Below, in pieces: positions 42,420 to 56,249 of a DNA stretch of 64,000 nucleotides (position 1 is its first letter; each line of letters opens with the position of its first letter). The notes under the pieces were generated by a model, which was not told the origin of the DNA, did not search any database, and saw only the letters and a program-made list of their open reading frames with translations. The DNA comes from Ministeria vibrans ATCC 50519 (lineage: Eukaryota; Protista; Filasterea): NCBI GenBank assembly GCA_943704425.1, contig CALSCP010001674.1, forward strand, positions 53,822 to 117,821. The letters are read 5' to 3'. Position numbers and translations under genes: made by a program.

Positions 42420-45400
42420 TTATACATTGGAGAAATACGACAGGAGGTCGGCCAAAGAAAATTCCAAGCGAACCTCAGAGCCAGGCCAACAACGTTTGAT
42501 GAGATCCTCGTAGCCATGGTATGCCGCAAGAAAGTCCTCTTGCACGGACCGCCACACGACCTATCAAACACAAATCTCAGTCACGTTGCACACAATCACA
42601 AAACACAAACAATTCGAGAGATGGAGAGGACAAAAACAATTATTGAACAATCACACACACACACACACACACACATACACACATACATACATACACACAC
42701 ACACAAAACACATACATACACACACATGGAGTACAAGACACTAAGTGTACAATAACATACTGGTAAAAGAGAGTCCGAGTCGGTGAGCTGCTTCTTAAGT
42801 GTGCGGTACATCGCCTCGAGACCCTTCTTGACGACTGCACCCGGGTACAAGCCAATGGTGCGTTTGAGTTCTTGCTTGCTAAACTGCACCTGAAAACCCA
42901 CTTCGTTGTCAATCACCCCACTGTCAATAAGCTGCTGCACTGCCTCAAAGAATCGCGACAGTTTCTCCATGGGATGGCCCAAACTGCGGCGCACATACGC
43001 CTGCAGGTTGTCGCGGTACTTCACCTGTGCATCACGACGCACTGGCGCGAGTGAAGCAACTTTGCGCAGCGGTACAAGCGAGCACAGATGATGGTAGTTG
43101 ACAAAGCAAACGACTTCCGGGTGCTTGCACGCACTGGCAATTCGCTCAATTGTCTCAAACACCGCCTGCATCAGCTGGCCCAGCGCACCGTCGACGAGCG
43201 TTCGCCATCGCGCCGAGTCTCGCACCGTCTCCTCCACCGCCCCAATAAAGTGCGGCAGTTGCAACACAAACGGCAAAATCACTGCACGGCCCTTCTTGGG
43301 CACTCGCGTGTCCCTCACCGCTCGCAACTGATCGTCAAAGAACCGATCCACAATGCGCTTGGTCAGAATCTGACATTTACCCAACAGCAAATAAATGAAG
43401 GTCTCCTTCACCTCGGGCAGATTGGTAAACTCGTCAATGCGCACCAACATGGCCAACGCCGACAACTGGTGGTCGTCGCCGTCGCCTCCTCCTCCTCCTG
43501 ACCCACTGCCACCACCACCACTGCCCCCACCACCCGTCATGCCACTCGACTTGTCGCTATCCCCGACACTTTCGGCTGCTGTCGATGTGGCGGTGGTGCT
43601 TGACGAGCCCGCAGTTGCATTGATGATCTGCACCAGTTCGTCTTCGAGCCAGGAAAACATGGAGTTCATGACGGAGCGCAGGGAGGCCATGCGCTGCGAG
43701 TAATCAAGGGAGGCCACCTGTGTGACCGACTGTCTCTTTTTTCGGCGTGCCCACTCACCGGTTGGCGTCGAAGGTGTACTGTCTGCGTCCGATGTTGTGC
43801 CCGTGACCACTGTCGACGTACTGCCACCGACACTAGACAGTGGGTGGTGATTGCTGCGCACAATACCACCGCCACTTGAAGCACTGGCCAGGCTCACCTG
43901 TCGCCGGTGCAGATAGGAGGGTGGTCGCGACGACGCGGTCGATGCCACTGTGGAGTCGTCCGCGAGATTTCCACCATCGTGGTCAGCGCTGCCGCCTGCA
44001 CCGTCATTGCCTGTTCTTGCTGCTGCGTCGTCATCGTCATCGTCGTTGTCGCCATCATCGTCGTCGTCATCGTCGTGTGTCGACCTGTTAGGCACGGCCA
44101 GACCAAAAAATTCCTCGCAAAAGTTCTGCTCCCCCACAACCAGTGGAACCACCGAACTGAGGAGCATGTGAAAGAGTTGCTCGGGGCCCGATGCTGTAGG
44201 ATTGCTATCGTGATGCTGTTGCTGTTCTTCGCTTTCAGCACGGCGGGCGGCAGCGTCGAGTGCGGCAATGACGGCAGCGTCGTTGTCGGTGCCTGTAGTG
44301 ATGTTGTCGTCGTCGTCGTCTTCGAGGTTGTCGTCGTTGACGGTCGAGCGGAACGTAAAGCGCGCGCGGTTGATGCGGGCGGACAGCGACGACGACGGTC
44401 CAGTGGCGCTGTTCGTAGACTGACTGCGACGGTTCTGAAGACGGTCGATGAGCTCGCGAATTTCGGTGTGATAAACGCCGCGCATGACCTGCGCGTACGT
44501 CGAGCAAAGCCGATCGTAGTGACTGCAGTCTGCATCGCGCACCCACTGCATAAGCTGGGTGTACGGCAGAAGCTGTGAAAAGCGCGACTGATGCGAGAGA
44601 AAGGAGGCGTCAGAGGTGCCGGCAGAGCGAATGACGGCCGTAAGAGAGTCGCTGAGGACGAGTGGGGAGGTGGTGTGGCGGCCAAGAAGTGACGGAGACA
44701 ACGGAGTGTTCTCAACGTGACGCACAAAAAGACGCGAGGTGAAGAAGGTGGCAAGGCGGTTGAGAAAGTCGTCTTGAACGGACGCGAAGAGAGCACGTTG
44801 GTCTTGGACAGCAACCATGTCCGTGAGAGCGTCGTCAAGCTCGCACTCCATGGCGCGACGCAGATGAGCTGCCGCTGCCGTGACAGCCGGCAAATTGACG
44901 CGCTCAAGTGGTCCTGTGCGCAGTGTGTTGACAACAGATTCCGGCAAGCTCATAGTTTCGAGGATATGATCGAGGAGATTGAGCAGTTTGCGTTTGTTGT
45001 CACGCTGCAGTTGCATTGTGCCATGGTGGCCCGTGACATGCTTGACTGCATCAGTGACGGCTCCCAAGGCCGACTCGTAGCGCTCGAGCCAACCGTCAAT
45101 GCGCTCCAGCTCGCTATCGGCGATGTCCAGACGGCACATGAGCTCTTCGGTCTTTTGAAAGGACTCAAGCAACTCGTGCGTGTTTGCCGCATCCAACTGG
45201 TGCATGTCCGACGCTAGCTGTGACGCAAAGAGTTCGGCATTGCCAATGGCGCCGTGCGCGTCGCGCAGCAGCGAAGTGAGGTCCATCTCTTCTTGTAGAG
45301 TCAGTTCGCGATACGTCTCGGTGTCGGCAGCAGCGGCGGCGTCGTCGCCCCCTCGGCTGGCACTGTTGCTGTTGGTGGTGGCGTCGTCACAGCCGCCGTC

Positions 45401-45886
45401 GTCGTCAGCGCCCGGCAAGGTGGCTGTTGTGCCCGCCGTCGCTGTGGCATCAGTGCGGAACTTGGAGAAGCCTGCAGCACGACGGGTGCGCAGGTTTTTG
45501 AGAGTGGGACGCACTTGGAGGTGAGACTGAGAGAGACGCACAATGGAGTCGACAAAGGCGTCGCGCGCAGCAACAGACGCCGACTGCCACACGAACGGCT
45601 TGGAGTCAAAGGTGAGTGAGAAGAGGCCGCTGTCGCTGGCGGCGTCGGGCGCAGGCCCTTCGAGCAGCCGTAGCTCTTCGAGCTTCCACGAGTGAATGCG
45701 CTTGAGCGACGCATCGCTCACCTTCACTATGTGAATGCTCGGCACAGACCCGCTCTTGAGCGTCAGACACAGCAGCCGCGACTTGGGCTTCTTCTCGGCC
45801 TTGCTGCGGTACGGGCTCACCTGCAGCACCGCTACGAGACGCTCGTTCGACGCGAAAATGTCCTTTTGCAATCGTCGAAGGTCCAT
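42420..45886 (-). CDS. EXOC1: Exocyst complex component 1 (Sec3)
   Basis: N-terminal PH-like block (RLLCL..WKLEELR), LGHPMEKLSRFFE, FSKQELKRTIGLYPG. Final exon VVWRSVQEDF...LIKRCWPGS after a (TG)n intron. Confidence 0.92.
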
Positions 45887-46374
45887 TGCTCAAAAACTTT
45901 GAAGTTCTCATTTCTGATTTCAGATGATCGAAATATTCAAATGCGAGAAAGTGGATTATCAAAAACTCTGAGAAGGAGTAGGTCAGTAAGACTATGTGCG
46001 GGCGCAGAGTGGGTCGACGGGGCTCTCAGTAGCGTCAGAATAACAAAAACGTATTTGTACAGTACAGTGGAATGTTCATTTCTTGGCAGCGACGGCGGGT
46101 GCGTCGGCCGCAGGGATCTGCTCGGGGTTGTAGAGGATGCGGAGTGGCGGCAGCTGGGCGCGTCGAGTGTCGCGGTCAAAGTAGCGATTTGCTGCGAGCT
46201 GGTGCGCCTCTCCCTTGGGCATGCGCGGGGGGGCGGCGGGCTGCCTGGGGGGCGTGGAGGGGGTAGAGCCGGTTGAGCAACAAACATGTCCGTGTTGTAA
46301 GCCCCATCACGCACATTTAGAGCATAACTGTTTTTTTTTTTCTCGGCGGATCGATCGGGGAAATTGCCCGAGTC

Positions 46375-46384
46375 NNNNNNNNNN
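46375..46384. other. Assembly gap (10 N)
   Basis: N run. Confidence 1.
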
Positions 46385-46952
46385 ACATGAAAAACGCTTC
46401 GTCGTATTCCTCCACCTACGACATTGCGGTTTTTCTTGTTTTACTTTCTCTGCAGATCTCTGTGGTAACGCGGCGCCACGATTGCGTTGGGGCGGACTTC
46501 CAAGCACTGGAGAGTCCTCATCAGCAGGGTTTCAGCTTGTTTTAGAAACGACATTCGCTCAAAGTTACGAAATTACGAAAATTACTGATCAATTTTCAAT
46601 TTGATTTGACAATTCACAGTTTCACATTTTGGCTTGAGTTCAAGGCAGTGAGTATTGACTTGGCAGTCACCCTACCACCGCTCAGCGGCGCCTACTGCCT
46701 AGGCTCTAGCCGGTGTAGCCGCCTACCGGAGTCTTAAGAGAGTGTGCGTTGACATGTAACTTGTGTTTGAATAAAACTAGTATTCTTTTTTTTGATCTCA
46801 CTCCCGTCTCGCAAAGTGGACGGCTTCAGCGCAATATTGACTATCATCTAGCGTTGCTTGGCTGACCAGTCCGTTTCGAGACGACCTCTCCTCCTTTTTT
46901 TTTTTTCTCTGGTCGCCTTGGACACCAAAAGACAATTCGCGTCACAGCGCAC

Positions 46953-49900
46953 CATGTCGCCTCCCGACGACGCCGAGATGGCCGAGGTGCACAAGCGCGT
47001 GTATGCTATGTTGCGGACACCAATACGCTCGACTGGTGCCGATCCCCTCAAGTCCACAGCGACATCAGTTGCCGCATCAACAGCGCTCGTTCACGTCCGA
47101 CCCATCGACGAGCTTCCGCCTGGCGCCACTCTCCGATCAGGCCGCATTGATTGGGCTCGTTCTGCAACCGAGGGCGAATCGCTGCAATTGGCTACAGCGG
47201 AGGCACCCACAGCGGAATTATCTGCACAGCAACCGCCCGTTGCTACGTCCGCCTCTGCCGACATTCTTCTCAACAGCAAGGCCGCTCAGCAGTCAGCCGT
47301 GCCTACAACAAGTGTACGAGTCTCGGGCGCTACTTGGATCGACCGCTACGGCCTCGACGCCGTTAGTCATGCCGCAGACCCTTCTGCGCCCAAACGGCGT
47401 GCAACGACTGCGTCGACGTTTGTGCCGACGCTCGACAAGCACGTGTCGTCCCGCTACTTTGAGGGCATTGGTGGCGCTGGCGCTCGTCACATTGACGAGT
47501 CCAAGGCGATTATGCGCAAACGGTTGCTGCGTGGCGTTGTGGCGTCATGTCGTGCTCGTCTCGACTGGCTCACCACCGAGAGCAGGCAGCGGTGCGGCGT
47601 CATTGTCGAGTCGTCGGTGTGTCTCGTCGTCGACATGTCCCAAGGACTTGCCCAACACCTCGAAGGACTGCGACAGGCCATAGACAGTGTGCTTGCCGAG
47701 CAAATCTCACAGTGCCAGCGCTTCAACGTTGTCGTGTTCCACGCTGGCCACGCGCGTTCCTTTGCCAACCAACTCACTGCCGTCACACGCGACTCCATCC
47801 AAGACGCCCGCGAGTGGCTCGCTACCCTTGAACCATGTGATCGCCCGGGTGTCAACACTTGGTCTGCCCTCAAAATTGCTCTAAGTGACCCACAAACCGA
47901 GGTACCAAGCAAAATCTAACTCATAATCATATTGATAATCATGTCGGCCTAATAGCTAATAATAATTGTTGTTGTGTGTGTGTTTTTTTTGGGGGTTTTT
48001 TTGTTGGTGTGCGTTTTGTTTCAGGCACTCTATGTGATCTCAGGAAATGTGCCGGACCAGCCGGTTGACTTGGTCTTTAATATGGTGCAACAGTTAACAG
48101 TGGGACGCACACTCACCATCAACACAGTCAGCTACTGTGCGTACGCCGAGGCAGACGAGTTCGTGCGTCGTCTGGCATCGCTCGCTCCCTCTCCTGCCGC
48201 CACCACTGCATCTTTATCGACGAAACCGTCAACGACGTCGTCGCGTGTCCATGTGTATCAGGCAGTTGAGGCGCGTGGGGGCGAGGGTGCAATGACGCAG
48301 ATGTGTGGAGGTAGTGACGTGGAGGCGTTGACGGCTGAGCTGGTGCGTGTGCAGGAGCTGCTGGAGAAGCTGGAGCAGCAAACAAGCGAGCTGGACGAGC
48401 GCAAACGGTCATTTCGAGCAACGCGGCAGATGCCACGGTGGATGCAAACGGCACTACGTACGGGCGAGTACGCCATCAACGCACAGACGCGTGGGATGAC
48501 CCTGGGCGTGCCGCGTCGTCGTGTGCTCGACTTCTCAGGTCCACCCCAAACCAGCACCGAGTGGTTGCGCGACCATTCGCTCAAGGCGCGCGGTCTTACT
48601 CTTTGGGCTATGCTCAAACCCTACCTGGTGCTTCCGGGCAACGACAGTGCCAAGAAGAACGGCAAGGAGGAGGAGGAGAAGGAAGAGATGATCACGCTTC
48701 AGGTCAAGTGGGGCGATGGGACTATTCGGCGCGTAAGACCGCCACGTGAAGTGCTCGAGCGCTATGTGGAGCAGTTGGACGAGCTTACAGATTTGCATGT
48801 GGGACGCATGGGATGGCTGCTGGAGGGCAGTCGGGCGGCGTTTGGCTGCATCCGTGAGCGACGAGTGTGTCTGCTCGTGGACGTAAGTGAGCGCATTGGC
48901 ATGCGCAGTGGCCGTCTGCTCAGGCACCTTCAAGAGTTGCTCATTGAGCAACTGCGCCACGCTCTGCTCTTCAACGTGATTGCTTGTGGCGGACGACACG
49001 GTGCTGTCGCCTGGCGTCGCACTGCCGTTGCCGTTTCCGTCGCCAACTTTGACAGTGCGTGGGAATTTCTCACGTCGGTGCGCTTTGGCAGCCGCCCTGC
49101 ACTGCTTGACGGACTCAAACTGGCGCTGGCAGACCGCTCGCTTGAGGCCATGTATGTCATTGCGGGCGACTACCCCATGCGCGAGCACGAGCTCATTACG
49201 TCTGCCGTGGAGCGAGCGAGCCCATCGCCACGTCCCATTCACACCTGCGCCTATGGTTCGACAGAGGCCCCTGTGAACACGCGCTTGCGCGAGCTCGCCA
49301 GTCGCACTCACGCTCGTTACCACTACTACGGGGAGTCGCGCGGAGCGGGCCATCTGCTTGAGTCAGACGACATGCTCGTGTTGCGCTCCGAGGCGGCGTC
49401 GGCACGTGCGGCCCGCATCCAAGCGCTCGAGTGGATCTCCCAACTGGATCAGATGGAAGAGGCACGTCGGGAGGGAGTGAAAGGCGAGGAGGACAACGAG
49501 GAGGAGAGCCGTGGACGGTGTTTGGAGGACGCATGCAAACAACAACAGCTACTGCGGTCTCAGCGAGCACACGAGCAACACGTGCGGTCTCAGTTGCTTT
49601 CACAGCGACGTCCGTTTACTGCTGCTGCAGCCACCACAACGGCTACGGCTACATCGACGGGCGGTCGTGGTGGAGCCACAAGCTTGAGCGCCTCCCAAGC
49701 GATCAGCATGACACCTGTGGTGCACCTCGATCGGAAGCTTGATAGTGACGCCGAAGGGTTTATTAGTGCCGTGGCGGGTGCGCGTGTGCCTGTGCGTCGT
49801 GCTGTGGAGCTGCTGCGAGCCCATGCGCACGCCGAGGCCGACCAGCAGCGACTGCTCTTTGCTCGTGTGGTGCACCATTTACTGGAGCAGTGCAAGCGCA

Positions 49901-52329
49901 TGTTTGACGGTACACCCGACTCGATTACACTGCGCACCCCTGTGGTTGCCTGGCAGCTGCTCGCCTTGATGTGTGCGGAACAACTACTGACTGGCCCACA
50001 CGTGGCGGCGCTGTTGCGTTCAATCATTGAGGTGGCGGTGGCAAGCAGTGTCGCCACCGACACGAGCGCTGGGCGACACCGCGCGGCATGCTGTCATGCA
50101 GCAATGGAGGCGCTGCTCGGTCGACTGCACGCCTACCCTGAATTTTGCAGGCGATTTGTGGAGATTGTTGAGGACACCGAAGCTGACATTGCGTCCCGTG
50201 TCGTCATGCAGGCGGTGCGCACCGCAGCTGCTGCCTCGTCAACGACCGGCGGGGTGGGCACGACGTCGGCCACCACCATCACGACCATGACTGCAAATGG
50301 TGGTGGGCGACGAGGTGGACGTGAACCCGTGTCGGACGACACCATCTTCGACGACACAACGGTGTCGGTGGCGTCGCCCTTTGATGTGCCCTCCTCGGCC
50401 GAACCTTTATCGTCCGGGCGACCTCGCGCCGCCAAAGGTACACGTCAAGGCCGTGATCGCCCAGCAACAGCGTCGACCTTCTCAGCCGGGTCCTCGACAC
50501 GCATGACCACAGGTGGCGGTGGTGTCGCCGCAGGGTACGCCTCGTCGGGCGTGTTTACATTCAACCGGCAGGGCCGTCACACGGGTGCCGCATCGGATCA
50601 GGGCCATCTGCCGGGCGGTGTGTGGCTGCCGGTACAGCCACAGTCGCTGCGTCCCGAGGCCAATGTACTGCTGCAGCAGTCGGCCAGTACTAATGGGGCG
50701 TCCAATGACCAGCGTCGCCTGCCTTGGCGCCCTGTCTCCAAGACGATCAAGCCCGGCTCGTCAGCAGCACTCGACTCGCGTACTACCTACGAGCAGTCGA
50801 GAGCGCACGAGACGGCCACGTTGATCCGCGACGAGCAACGTCGCCAGAAACGGGCGCGTGCACAGTCACGTCCATTGGCCAGCGCTCACGCTTGGTTGCG
50901 TCGACATGGCCTCGACGCGCTTCACTTGGCCTCACACGAGACCTTTGTGGGGGCGTCGCGCGACTATCACCACCGCGTGCGCACTCTGGGTGCACCCACG
51001 ACGGGCCAGGCAGCGGCCATCACAGCTCTGGCATGGCACGAGCAGGCGCTGGAGACGCTCGTGACCAAGGTCCAGACGCGCATCCGCAAGTACCGCCGTG
51101 CCAGTCGGCGACTGCAGAGGCAGATGCATCGCAAGACGGCTGATCTGGCGCCCAACGACCCGTCTCTCTTTGGCGATGTGAGCAAAGCAAGTGTGGATTC
51201 CCTGGTGGTGTTTGTGGTGGACTTTAGTGGAAGCATGGCAGCACACGTCGAGACGGTAAAGCTGCATGTGCTGCACGCGCTCGGCCAAGTGCCGACGGGC
51301 ACCCCGTTCAATGTGTTGCTTTTTGGCGGCGATCAAGTGCGACAGTTGTTTGATGGGCCGCATGTCATGGAGACGGCACTTCTGTGCCAGGCGGAGGCAT
51401 TCGTGAACGAAGCGGAGTGTTTCGGTGGAACGAACATGCTGACGGCACTGCGAGTGGCACTGGAGGAGTATGGACGCACAGGAGCGCATGGGGATGTCTT
51501 CCTGCTAAGTGACGGACGACCCGACGTTGCTGCCAGTACGATTGCCGCGGAGGTTGACGGCTGTGAGGGTGTGCGAGTCAACACGGTGTCGTTTGGCAAC
51601 GCAGTGTACGACGCCGTGGCTGTGTCGGTGATGCAGGCGCTTGCAGAGCACACGCGGGGGCGACATGTGGCGTGTTTGGGCGACGGACGAGTGCTTTCAC
51701 AGACAGAGCTGGAGCGACTGGGGCGAGATGGTGTGCGAAGAGACGACGCTGAAATGCCGCACGAGAGTGACATTGAGCGACTGGTGACGGAGATTGCGCG
51801 TGCAGAGCGGATGATTCTCGAATTGCGCGCACAACGCGACGTGATCAAGCGAGTGGGAGCGCGACGTGCAAAGAGACCGCTCCGAGTAGTGAGTAGTGGA
51901 GAACAAACGGAGACACAAAAGGTGAAGGAAGAAGAGGAGGATCTGATGATGGTAAGTACGGAAGATGAAGGGAGTGAGCAGAATGCAGGAGACGAAGAGG
52001 AAGAGGACGACAACGAGGAGATGGAAGACGACGAAGGAGCAGAGGAAGGCGAGGAAGATGTCCTTGCGGCGGCGCTACGTGGTCTACGCTATATTTCACA
52101 AGTGCGTGCCGCGGAGGAGCAAAAGGTTGAGCAGGAGCTGGCACAGGCACAGGTAGGACCACTGCTGAGCGAGCGACACCAGGAGCAACAGCACAAGAAG
52201 CAGCAACAGCACATGCAGGAGGGCAGTGGAGTGCTTCTGAGCGGTCCGTCGCAGCGCACAGACTTGCGCGTATCCTTCCGACCGGTCAATGGCAAGCCAG
52301 AGCATGACCAACTCCCACTTGTCAGTTGA
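46953..52329 (+). CDS. VWA3A/B-like protein with three VWA domains (start uncertain)
   Basis: Three repeats of W(I/L)xxxGL/SL followed by VWA: WLTTESRQRCGVIVESSVCLVVD, WLLEGSRAAFGCIRERRVCLLVD, VFVVDFSGSM..FLLSDGRPD. Intron 47902-48024. Confidence 0.75.
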
Positions 52330-52434
52330 GCATATATAAACGATGATACTATCCTTGTTTGTTTTTTTTTTCTTCTTTTGGAGATTGTACATTGAAAGGA
52401 AAAGAGAAAGGAAAGGGTGAGTGAGTGAAGAGGA

Positions 52435-54289
52435 TTATTCTTGCATGGGCGTTGGACCAGACGCAATGCACGCAAGAATGGACGTCGCAAGGTCCATCAG
52501 TTGAAGGTACTCGTCGGCACCGTCCATCAACGCATGATCTAAAGAGCGCGAGTGAGTTATTTGAAATAAAGTGACTCAGTTGAGATAGTCAGATTGTGTG
52601 TGACACAGACAGAGAGATAGAGTGTGCGTGTTTTGTTTTGATATACTAATAATATTGTTGTTGTAAAACATACCGACTTGAGCAATGCGAATGGCAATCT
52701 GAGCGCGTTGGTTGTCGGTGAGCGCCTCGTCGGGAAGTGCCGTGCGCTGCGCGAGCTGTGCGGCAATCTGTGCTGCAGCATAGCCCTCAAGAACCAGATC
52801 ACGAACTGCCTGCTCGACCTTGCTGTATGAGTTGGTGCGACATGCTTTCAGAAGATCCACAATGAGCTCCTCAGGCACGACCTATACACAATTCAATTGG
52901 GAAGCAGTCAACAATCGACACACACCGCACGCCACAAAGACAGATAGATACACACAGCACACCACAAAGGCAAACAGACAAAGACTTACGCCTGCAATGT
53001 TGTAGAAATCCGCAGCACTCATTTGACCGGAGCGACGTAGACGCGACGCAGACTGAAGAAACATGATGGACTTGCGCATGTCACCATCGGAAACACGTAC
53101 AAGAGCGGAAAGTGCCTCGTCGTCGCACTCGAGGCTTTCCTTGCCGCAGATCATGCGCAGTTGGCGTGTGAGTGTGTCAACGGGCAGGGGCTTGAAACGA
53201 AACTTGGCACATCGCGAGGCAAGTGGCTCGATGATGCGGCTGACATAGTTGCAAATGAGACAAAATCGGGTCGTTTTTGCGTAGTTTTCCATGACACGAC
53301 GAAGCGCTACGCACAATCCGAGTATAAGAGACAAAGAAGAGAGAGAGAAAAAGGTGAGAAAAAGGAGCAAAATGATAGAGACAGAGAGAGGTGAGAGAGA
53401 GGAACATAGGGATAGAGACAGAGAGAGGTGGGAGAAAGGGAAAAAGTGATAGAGACAGAGAGAAATGGAAGATGGAACAAAGTGAGAGAATGGGCAGAGA
53501 AACAAAATGACGGAGAGAATAAAGAGGGGGAAAGAACAAAGTGATAGTGACAAATGAGCGTATTTTCCACACCTGTCTGCGCGTCGGCTGTAAGCGAGTC
53601 GGACTCATCGAGGATGATTATTTTGTAGGGGGGACATGGATAGCCTCTACGCAAACAGTACAGCGCCGAGCATGAGTGATGGGATGCAGACCAGTGTTGA
53701 CACCGTACTTGACAACAACAGAAGTGGCGCCCTGTGCAAATGTCTTGATCTTCTCGCGCACCACGTCGATGCCGCGCTCGTCGGAAGCATTGAGCTCGAG
53801 AACGCGCTGCTTGACCAGACTGGGGCTGTCGCGGAAGGTGAGCGAGCGGTCAGCGCAAAGAATGGCCCTTACCCGTAGAGCTGGCGAGAAAGCGCAAGGA
53901 TGGTCGACGTCTTGCCCGTTCCCGGTGGTCCGTAGAACAGCAGGTGAGGGATCTCGCTGCCAGTGAGGGATTTCCGAAGCATCTACAGCGGAGAGAGGAC
54001 AGACAGTTCAACGCGTCGCGCAGGAGCGAAGGAAGGGGCGCACGCGCGCAGGACTCACCTCAACAACTTCATCTTGGTGGGCCACATCGTCGACAGTGCG
54101 CGGCCGGCTGTGTTTGCGTCAGGAGACAAAGTGCAGAAGATGAGTCGAATTGGCGCGCAAAACGCATTTTTTTTTCAAAGTGTACAATTTCTCAACCCAC
54201 GGCACCATGGTGGCAGCCTCTTTGGCACGATCCGACGTGCCTTCGCCGGTCGATGCTGTCCGAGGTTGGAAGAAAGCAGCGGTGGCCAT
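52435..54289 (-). CDS. RFC4: Replication factor C small subunit (human RFC4 / yeast Rfc2 type)
   Basis: [75 protein letters not shown]. Confidence 0.92.
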
Positions 54290-54547
54290 TGATTGTGGAA
54301 AATATTTTGTAATTCGTGTTTCAGACTTTCAGAAACTTTAAACTATTCAGACTCGAAAAATCATTAGTCTTGAAAGGGTCATAGATGTAGGTCGTTTAGT
54401 GCGTGTCGTAGAACTAGGGCCTAGAATGTGTTTTCTTGAATGTCTTTGATTCTTATTATGGTGATAATTATACTTCTTCTTCCTCAAAAATTTATTATTC
54501 TCAACCTTTTTACGATGAGATTGTTTATTAAACACTTGTACACACGC

Positions 54548-56129
54548 TCACTGAGCAGATGAAAAACCCCACTCGCGGGCCCGATCGGCACGGGCATTCT
54601 TGTAGCCGGCGACTACATCATCGGGCACAGGCGCAATACCCAGTCGCTGTGCAATAGCATTGCAGTAGGGGAACTGCTCGAGTCCCAACATGTGTGCTGT
54701 TGCGTCTTGTGCACTCTCACTGGTCACTGGGTCGTCCTGGAGCATTTCTTCCTCGCTTGGGAGTGTGTCTTTGCCGCTCCACACGTGAGCCACCCACTGT
54801 GCTTGGAACTCTGCCACGCGAAAAGGCACGACTTTAAAGCAGAGACCAACAAAGGCAAGGGAGGGAAAGCGACAGTGAAAGAGATGGCGGAAGAGCGGCT
54901 GAACATGTTTGGGGCGATGAGGGTCGTTCAGCAGAAGCGACGAGGGTGCCAAGAAAGGAAAGGAATAGTGATAACCAGTGCAGAGGAGCACAGTGTCCAC
55001 ATTGCACTCGCTGCTTCCGTCTTCAAAGTGCACGGTTCCTTTAGTGCGTTCTATGCTCGCAATGGGTCCTTTGCGTGTGAGTGTGCTTACGCCAGCAAAC
55101 TCAAGCTGCTCCTGAGGGGTAGTGTGCCGTTCAGAGAGTGTGACCGGTCCCACTGTGTCACAGGTTGACAACTCACGCGCAATGTCGAGACCTACGCCAA
55201 CACAAAAGCCATGTAAATTCAATACTCGACGACTCACTGAATGAAAAAAAGAAGAAAAAAAAAAGAAGGGGAGGACACACCTGAGGCACCCGAGCCGACG
55301 ACCACGATTTTGTGCTGTGCGAACGCTGATGGGCTGCGGTACTCGTGACTGTGCAGCACCTGTGGGCGTTCGTGGGTTGCGTCAGGGGCTGTCAGCGCCA
55401 AGTGTGCTGGGACGTACGGTTCGCTGTAGTGTCCGTTGCATACTGATACCTGACGAGAGTGGAGTGTCAGGTGACGGAAGTAAGAAAGTACAGATAATCT
55501 TACTGCGTCAAACGACTCTGTCGTGCGTGCCGACGTCTCCTCGTCCTTGACGGTAATTTTCCATGTATTATTCTATGTACACACCATAAGAGAACAGTGA
55601 GAAACACAGGTCTCGCACGAGGGGCGCAACGGGTACCTCTTCTCGCTCAACCTGCTCCACTGAGTGTCGAAATCGAATGCACTCTGACAGCCCAAACTTG
55701 ACGGCATATCGCTCGAGATACGCAAGCACAGCCGAGTGGTGGGCAAAGTCCTCACCGTGCTGGGTGTCTTCTTCGCCAAAGGGAGTGTCGCTGAAGCTCA
55801 TGACGCGCCGACTGAGGTTTGTGTGAAGCGACTCGTACATCGACGAGAACACCCGACCGTCGTGCGGCGCCTGCACCACCCACGTCCCTCCTACGCAGCG
55901 CTTGTCTCACGTCTTGAACAGTCTTCTTTGATTCGGTCGTACCCACGCGCGCCGCTTGCTCATACACCACCACTTTAAGGCCCTGCTCCAGTAGAGACTA
56001 TTCAACCCCCAGAGAGTCAAAGTGGAGTGCATCGTGAAACTCAGTTGCGCCATCAAACATCAATAACGGCTGTACCTTGGCAGTCACGAGGCCACTTGCC
56101 CCCGCACCAATGACACACACTCGCTTCAT
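54548..56129 (-). CDS. Flavin-containing monooxygenase (class B)
   Basis: VIGAGASGL, SSMYESLHTNL, VCNGHYSEP, HSHEYR, VVGSGASGLDIAREL, LCTGYHYSFPFL. Confidence 0.92.
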
Positions 56130-56249
56130 GCAAACAAAGATGATTCAATCATCAATGAGAAGGATCAGTTGGAATTGGTGCGAGAAAATAGGATTTTCTT
56201 TAATGTTTAGTGTTTACAGTTTACTGATTTCTGCTGTCCTTCTCCCACA

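Noticed and set aside
42596-42760. Cys/Val-rich C-terminus of the EXOC1 ORF
   Set aside because: Read-through into a (TG)n intron; the true last exon is about 42560-42420.
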